A stretch of DNA of 41,292 nucleotides, taken from positions 1-41,292 of the forward strand of contig CAZIZE010000064.1 of the NCBI GenBank assembly GCA_964543655.1, read 5' to 3'. The position numbers were made by a program, and so were the translations under genes. The notes under the pieces are model-generated. The model searched no databases. It worked only from the letters and a program-made list of their open reading frames with translations, and had not been told where the DNA came from. Below, one piece after another: positions 36,096 to 41,292 of this stretch (its first letter is position 1; each line of letters begins with the position of its first letter). Source of the stretch: an uncultured bacterium (GTDB lineage Bacteria > DYJV01).

Positions 36096-37008
36096 ATCTT
36101 TAGTAACAATAAATATTCCTCTGCCAGATTATTTTACGTACAGTGCAGTAAACATTTATTTAATTAAAGAGGAGCCAGTAACATTAATTGATACTGGTCC
36201 ATATACAGAAAATATTCTATTAATTTTAAAAAAAGCTTTTAATGAGCATAATTTATTATTTTCTGATATAAAAAGAATTCTTTTAACACATGGTCATGTT
36301 GACCATTCAGGGTTAGCTGGATATTTTGAAAAAAATTTTGGAACAGAAGTTTTTATCCATAAAAACGATTATTCAAAAATCGCATCTAAAAATGAGGATA
36401 AAATAAATTTTAAAAAAAGAACTTTTGTAAATCTTTTGGAAAAATTTGGTTTTGAAAAATATTTAATAGAAAAATTAACAATTTTTTTTAAAGATTTTTA
36501 TAAATTTAACAAAGAATCTGCTAATCCTATTAAAATATTAAATGAAAAAACTTTGGAGTTTGAAAAAAGTAAGATAAAGATATTAGAATTGCCTGGTCAT
36601 ACTGCTGGCAGCATTGGTTTTTTATTTAATGAATCAGCATTAATTTCTGGTGATACTATTCTCAATTCTACTTTTGTTACACCTATTCTTGAATTTGATG
36701 AAAATTTTAAAAGTTATAAAAATTTAAAAAATTACTACATGACTTTAAAGAAAATATTAAGGTTAAAAAATATCAAAATTTTTCCAGGACATGGTAAGGG
36801 AGATTTTGATTTTCAAAAAAAAACAGAGGAATTAATTAAATATATTGAGAAAAAAGCTTTAGAAATAAAAGAACAACTCGATTTTTCAAAAACATTAAAA
36901 GAAAATTTTGAAAATTTTGTTAATACATCTCCAGAGAAATTTTTTTTCCACTTTTCCTTTTTTTACGGTATTTTAGAATTTCTTGAAATAGAGGATAGAT
37001 TTCTATGA
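36088..37008 (+). CDS. Metallo-beta-lactamase-fold hydrolase
   Basis: VNIYLI, LIDTG, THGHVDHSG, PGHT, SGD, PGHG. Confidence 0.9.
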   Translation: MDKSLVTINIPLPDYFTYSAVNIYLIKEEPVTLIDTGPYTENILLILKKAFNEHNLLFSDIKRILLTHGHVDHSGLAGYFEKNFGTEVFIHKNDYSKIASKNEDKINFKKRTFVNLLEKFGFEKYLIEKLTIFFKDFYKFNKESANPIKILNEKTLEFEKSKIKILELPGHTAGSIGFLFNESALISGDTILNSTFVTPILEFDENFKSYKNLKNYYMTLKKILRLKNIKIFPGHGKGDFDFQKKTEELIKYIEKKALEIKEQLDFSKTLKENFENFVNTSPEKFFFHFSFFYGILEFLEIEDRFL

Positions 37009-39542
37009 AAAAGATTTTTCACTACAAATTAAAAAATAAATTAGAAGTTATTTTTGAAAAAATTAAAGATGTAAATATTGTTGCTATCTTCTTTGTTGTA
37101 AAAACTGGAAGTGGTAATGAAATAGAAGGTAAAGAAGGTATTACTCATTTTCTTGAACATCTTATTTTCAAAGGTAGTGAAAAATTCAGTGCAAAAGATA
37201 TTACAGAAAAAATTGAATCTTTAGGTGGTTCCATTAATGGATATACGTCTCCTGATGAAACTGCATTTTATATTTCCATCCCTAAAAGGAATTGGCAGAA
37301 AGGTTTTGATATTTTACAAAGTATGATTTTTCATGCTTCATTTACAGAGGAGGATTTTAAAAAAGAGAAAAAGGTAATTTTAGAAGAATTAAAAGATGGC
37401 AAAGATAACCCTTTCAGGCTACTAATAGATGAAACTTTCTCAACTATTTTTAAGAAACATCCATATAAAAATCCTGTTATTGGTTATGAAAAAAGTATAG
37501 AAAATATCTCTTTTGATGATATAAAAAAATATTATAAAACCTTTTATATCCCTAAAAATATACTCCTTGTCATTGTTGGCAATTTAACTGAAAATGAAGT
37601 GAAAAATAAATTATCAATACTTGAAAAATATAAAAATAATCCTGCTTATATAAAAAGCTGTAAAATCTTTGAACCTGCTCAGAAGAGTTTTCAGGCAAAA
37701 TTTTTTCATTCAAATGTTAATCAGTTTTATCTTAATTCTGTTTTCAAAATAAAACCATCTAATTTAAAAGAATTTATAGGTATCCAATTACTTTGTTCCC
37801 TGCTTGGAGAATTTGAGCACTCATTTTTAAAGGAACGACTCAAAATTAAAACTCAGCTTGTTACTGATATTAGCTCATTTATATATTTCACAAAAAATTT
37901 TCTCATTTTTAACATTCATTGTCAATTTTCAAAAAATATCAATCCAGAAACTGTAATTGAAACATTAATAAAAGAGTTAAACAATTTCCTAATTGAACCT
38001 ATTTTACCCGACCAGTTATTAAAAGCTAAGATAAATTTTAAAACTGACAAAATATATATGCAGGAAAGTGTTTCAGGAGAGGCAAGAAATATTATTTTTT
38101 ACCATTTAACAACTGGTGATTATAAAAATGAAGAAAAATTTGATGTAATATCAGATAGTATAGATGAAAAAGAGCTTAAATTAATTTACAAAAAAATATT
38201 TAAGATTAATAATTGTAGTATAATAGTTCTTGGCCCTGAGAGTTATAAAAATATTGGTAATTTCAATATCTATAAAAAATTACCAAAATATAAAAATAAA
38301 AAAACTAATTTAAAAAAATCTCCACAACTTATTACTCTTGATAATGGGATAAGGATAATTTATCAAAAGATTGACAGGTTACCCTTAATATCTTTTAAAA
38401 TAGCTATGTTAGGTGGATTAAAATTTGAAAATGAAAATAAAAAAGGCCTGTCCAATTTTATGTCCAGAGTTTGGATTAAAGGAAGTGAAAACTATTCATA
38501 TAAAGAAATTGAAAATAGATTTGATTTCTTCTCTGGTTTTATTGATTCTTTTTCAGGAAGAAACAGCGTAGGACTCCACGGAGTTATATTGAATGATTTT
38601 TTTGAAGCAGGTTCTGACATATTATACGATATACTTACCAATCCCCAATTTCCTGACTCTGAAGTGGAAAAAACCAGAAAAGAGATTTTAGACAGAATAG
38701 CTTCTGAAAAAGATGATATTTTTTCAGAATCAATTAGATTTTTTTATAAATCTATATTTAAAGAGCACTATTATGGCTTTCCAATTAAAGGTGAAATAGA
38801 AACTGTTGAAAAAATCAGCAGAGATGATATTGTAAACTATTATAAAAAAATAAATTTAAGCAACAATTTAGTATTTGGTATTACAGGAAAATTAAAACAA
38901 AAACATCTTGATTTTATCTGTGAAAGATTCAATAATATAAAAAGTGGGAATTTTCCTTCTGAAAATGAACAAATAACTTTAAAAAATAAGGGAGGAATAT
39001 ACAGAAAATTTTACAAAAAAAATCAGTCATACATAACTGCTGGTTTTATTGCACCACCAGTTAATGATGACGATGTAATAAAATTGAAAATTATCAAGAC
39101 AATTATTGGCAATCACAGTGGTAGGCTCTTTTACAACCTAAGGGAAAAGGAAGGGCTCTGCTATTCAACTTTTGCTTTTATGATGAAAGGATTTGAGGCA
39201 AGTGCTTTTGGAATTTTTGTATCCACCTCTGCGGCTAATGAAGAAACTGTTATTAAAAGATTAAAAGAATCAATATATGAAATAAAAAGCAAACCTATTA
39301 CCAATAAAGAGATATTAAAAGCAAAAAACTCTATAAAAGGGTCTATTGACAGTTATAACCAGAAATTTTTAAATATTAACACAAGCAATGTTTTCAACAT
39401 ACTGTATGGTCTTGGCAAAGATTATAATAAAATTTACCTGCAAAAATTAAATCAAATCAATAGAGAAGATATTACTGATACAGTAAATAAATACTTTAAT
39501 CCTGAGAATTTTACCTTTGCCATAATATCTCCCAAGGAGTAA
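37005..39542 (+). CDS. M16 (pitrilysin/insulinase) family zinc peptidase, two-half fusion
   Basis: HFLEH (HxxEH) and EKKVILEE in the N-half; the C-half lacks the Zn motif but carries RLF..LRE..GLCY. Confidence 0.9.
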   Translation: MKKIFHYKLKNKLEVIFEKIKDVNIVAIFFVVKTGSGNEIEGKEGITHFLEHLIFKGSEKFSAKDITEKIESLGGSINGYTSPDETAFYISIPKRNWQKGFDILQSMIFHASFTEEDFKKEKKVILEELKDGKDNPFRLLIDETFSTIFKKHPYKNPVIGYEKSIENISFDDIKKYYKTFYIPKNILLVIVGNLTENEVKNKLSILEKYKNNPAYIKSCKIFEPAQKSFQAKFFHSNVNQFYLNSVFKIKPSNLKEFIGIQLLCSLLGEFEHSFLKERLKIKTQLVTDISSFIYFTKNFLIFNIHCQFSKNINPETVIETLIKELNNFLIEPILPDQLLKAKINFKTDKIYMQESVSGEARNIIFYHLTTGDYKNEEKFDVISDSIDEKELKLIYKKIFKINNCSIIVLGPESYKNIGNFNIYKKLPKYKNKKTNLKKSPQLITLDNGIRIIYQKIDRLPLISFKIAMLGGLKFENENKKGLSNFMSRVWIKGSENYSYKEIENRFDFFSGFIDSFSGRNSVGLHGVILNDFFEAGSDILYDILTNPQFPDSEVEKTRKEILDRIASEKDDIFSESIRFFYKSIFKEHYYGFPIKGEIETVEKISRDDIVNYYKKINLSNNLVFGITGKLKQKHLDFICERFNNIKSGNFPSENEQITLKNKGGIYRKFYKKNQSYITAGFIAPPVNDDDVIKLKIIKTIIGNHSGRLFYNLREKEGLCYSTFAFMMKGFEASAFGIFVSTSAANEETVIKRLKESIYEIKSKPITNKEILKAKNSIKGSIDSYNQKFLNINTSNVFNILYGLGKDYNKIYLQKLNQINREDITDTVNKYFNPENFTFAIISPKE

Positions 39543-39545
39543 AAT

Positions 39546-40547
39546 ATGCCTGAACTAAGGAGAGATCCCATTGTTGATAGATGGGTTATAATATCCTCGG
39601 TTAGAAAAAAACGACCTTTTCCCAAAATGATATGTACAGAAGAATTCAAAGATTCAAAAGCGTGCCCTTTCTGTCCAGGAAATGAAATGTATGCACCAAA
39701 TGAGATATATGCAATATCCAGCATTCCAAGGGAAAAAGATACTCCTGGATGGGATGTTAGGGTTATTCCTAACAAATACCCTGCATTAAAGGTAGAAGGA
39801 GAATTAAATAAACGGGGAATTGGTATTTATGATCTTATGAATGGTATTGGTGCTCATGAAGTCATTATAGAAACTCCTGAGCATAATTTAAACATATCAG
39901 ATATGACTTCACATCATGTGAAAAAAATCTTAACAGCTTACAAAGAGAGGATTCTTGATTTAAAACAGGATATAAGATTTAAATATATACTTATTTTTAA
40001 AAACTACGGTTTTGAAGCAGGTGCAACATTAGCACACTCTCATTCTCAATTAATAGCCCTACCAATTATTCCAAAGACTGTAAAAGAAGAGATAAATGGA
40101 GCCAAAAAATATTTTGATTTCAGAGAAAGATGTATCTATTGCGATATAATATCACAGGAGCTTTATTCACAATTAAGAGTAATTATTGAAGAGAAAAATT
40201 TTATTGCTATTTCACCATTTGCACCAAGATTTTCATTTGAAACTTGGATATTACCTAAAAAACATCAATCACACTTTTATAACATCAGTGATGATGAAAT
40301 GGAATCTCTTGCAGATGTGTTAATCAATATATTTAAAAAGCTCAACATGGCACTTGATAATCCTCCATACAACTTTATTATTCATACATCTGACCTTGTA
40401 AATGGCAATCTTGATCATTATCATTGGCACATAGAGATAATTCCCAAATTATCGCATGCAGCTGGTTTTGAATGGGGTACAGGTTTTTTCATAAATCCAA
40501 CACCACCAGAAGAAGCAGTGAATTTCCTAAAAAATTTAACTGTTTAA
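39546..40547 (+). CDS. galT: Galactose-1-phosphate uridylyltransferase family
   Basis: ELRRDP, CPFCPGNE, PNKYPAL, GAHEVIIE, GATLAHSHSQ, CIYCD, HWHIEI, AGFEWGTG. Confidence 0.92.
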   Translation: MPELRRDPIVDRWVIISSVRKKRPFPKMICTEEFKDSKACPFCPGNEMYAPNEIYAISSIPREKDTPGWDVRVIPNKYPALKVEGELNKRGIGIYDLMNGIGAHEVIIETPEHNLNISDMTSHHVKKILTAYKERILDLKQDIRFKYILIFKNYGFEAGATLAHSHSQLIALPIIPKTVKEEINGAKKYFDFRERCIYCDIISQELYSQLRVIIEEKNFIAISPFAPRFSFETWILPKKHQSHFYNISDDEMESLADVLINIFKKLNMALDNPPYNFIIHTSDLVNGNLDHYHWHIEIIPKLSHAAGFEWGTGFFINPTPPEEAVNFLKNLTV

Positions 40548-40622
40548 AAAAGAAAAATTCAATTTAAAATTTTCTTGATTTTATGAAATTCTTATGCTAA
40601 TGACTCAAAGCTTTTTAAATGT

Positions 40623-40696
<74 letters not shown>

Positions 40697-40765
40697 CTCC
40701 TTTATTTTCAAGCATTTCCTCGCTATCTACCTATAAAAACTTATCTTTTTCTTAAAATCAAAAAT

Positions 40766-40795
40766 GGAATATAACGGAATATAGCGGAATATGGC
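40766..40795 (+). repeat. Three tandem 10-bp repeats GGAATAT(AAC/AGC/GGC)
   Basis: GGAATATAAC GGAATATAGC GGAATATGGC at 40766, 40776, 40786. Confidence 0.9.
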
Positions 40796-40815
40796 TGTCC
40801 AAATTGGTTCACAAT

Positions 40816-40846
40816 AACGACCAGTGAATGCAAAAAAAACGACCAG
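40816..40846 (+). repeat. Direct repeat AACGACCAG x2 (22-bp period)
   Basis: Copies at 40816-40824 and 40838-40846. Confidence 0.8.
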
Positions 40847-40930
40847 AAAATTTTTTTTCTCTATTTTTTGTTTCTGTTTAAATAAATATGAAAAAGATAT
40901 TTGATAATTTAATCCAAAGTCATTTTTGTA

Positions 40931-40973
40931 AATTTTCATGGTAAATTGACCCGTTTTTTTCATGAAAATTGAC
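40931..40973. repeat. 10-bp inverted repeat overlapping a direct repeat
   Basis: AATTTTCATG (40931-40940) and CATGAAAATT (40961-40970); AAATTGAC at 40943 and 40966. Confidence 0.75.
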
Positions 40974-41082
40974 AAAAAATGTCCACCACTATTCAACAAT
41001 TTCAATATGTTATATGCTAAAAATAACCAGCGCATACACTTATAACTTAACATTAACAAAAGTCTGATAACAATTTTAATAT

Positions 41083-41197
41083 CATCTCTGCCACCTTTCT
41101 GCCAGCTTCTCAAAAAAAAGGTGGCAGAGAATTTTCGTAATAATTTAAATTAGTTGGCTTATGTTTTGCCACCTCTGCCATCTCTGCCACCTTTTTT
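41083..41197. repeat. TGCCAC-family iteron-like array with direct and inverted copies
   Basis: CATCTCTGCCACCTTT at 41083-41098 and 41179-41194; inverted AAAGGTGGCAGAGA at 41117-41130; partial copies at 41098-41107, 41167-41173 and 41174-41182. Confidence 0.9.
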
Positions 41198-41292
41198 AAG
41201 ATTTTATTTTTTAAAGTTATTTCTTTCACTTTTTCATTTATGTTATATTAATAAATATTATTGACTAAACCATTAAGGCAGGTTAAATAAAC

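Larger units (their letters stand above)
40697..41292. mobile_element. Probable edge of a tRNA-integrated element (satellite/prophage/integrative element or remnant)
   Basis: Abrupt change from dense genes to non-coding, repeat-rich DNA right after the tRNA 3' end; no terminator hairpin after the tRNA. No integrase is visible in the window. Confidence 0.5.

Noticed and set aside
40030..40050. GalT HSH instead of HPH as a sign of inactivation
   Set aside because: Both His residues and the following Gln (HSHSQ) are retained; the middle residue varies in this family.
40575..40603. Promoter for the tRNA (TTGATT-17-TAATGA)
   Set aside because: Plausible position but a weak -10 match; not supportable from sequence alone.
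40727..41113. 128-aa minus-strand ORF after the tRNA
   Set aside because: TTG start inside a T-run with no RBS, runs across the repeat arrays, Phe/Lys/Ile-biased, no recognisable domain. Probably a chance ORF.
40766..41197. Repeats as a CRISPR array
   Set aside because: Units are 7-16 bp, in mixed orientation, without regular unique 30-40-nt spacers; no cas genes in the window.

Overview
A strongly AT-rich (by eye under about 30% GC), gene-dense bacterial chromosome segment. The gene content suggests an anaerobe of the deltaproteobacterial/Deferribacterota type; the taxon is inferred, not shown. It contains a tetrapyrrole operon (PP-loop thiouridylase-like gene, sirC/cysG-N, ccsA-like, hemA, hemC, cobA-hemD, a small winged-helix gene, then a terminator). 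A LOG protein and transketolase follow. A minus-strand block holds murA, a GAF-HD-GYP, a Crp/Fnr regulator, an APC permease-EIIA fusion, a GGDEF cyclase, an RNase Z-like gene and a Kdo-kinase-like gene. Next come DHH-alr-mlaE and a long minus-strand block (selB, TRAP dctQ/dctM, a MenK/MqnK-type radical SAM, selA, SH3 and TPR proteins, a class II aldolase, a K+ channel). The last block is REC-HD-GYP, an acyl-CoA mutase B12 subunit, meaB, an MBL hydrolase, an M16 peptidase, galT and tRNA-Arg(TCT). The final 600 bp after the tRNA are non-coding and rich in repeats (phased direct repeats and an iteron-like TGCCAC array), and look like the edge of a tRNA-integrated mobile element. The most notable observations are this element edge, the probable methylmenaquinone methyltransferase overlapping selA, a kinase whose catalytic Asp is replaced by Tyr, and an antisense DUF4911-like gene overlapping both neighbours. 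Most of the window is housekeeping, and no complete novel system can be demonstrated from the sequence alone.
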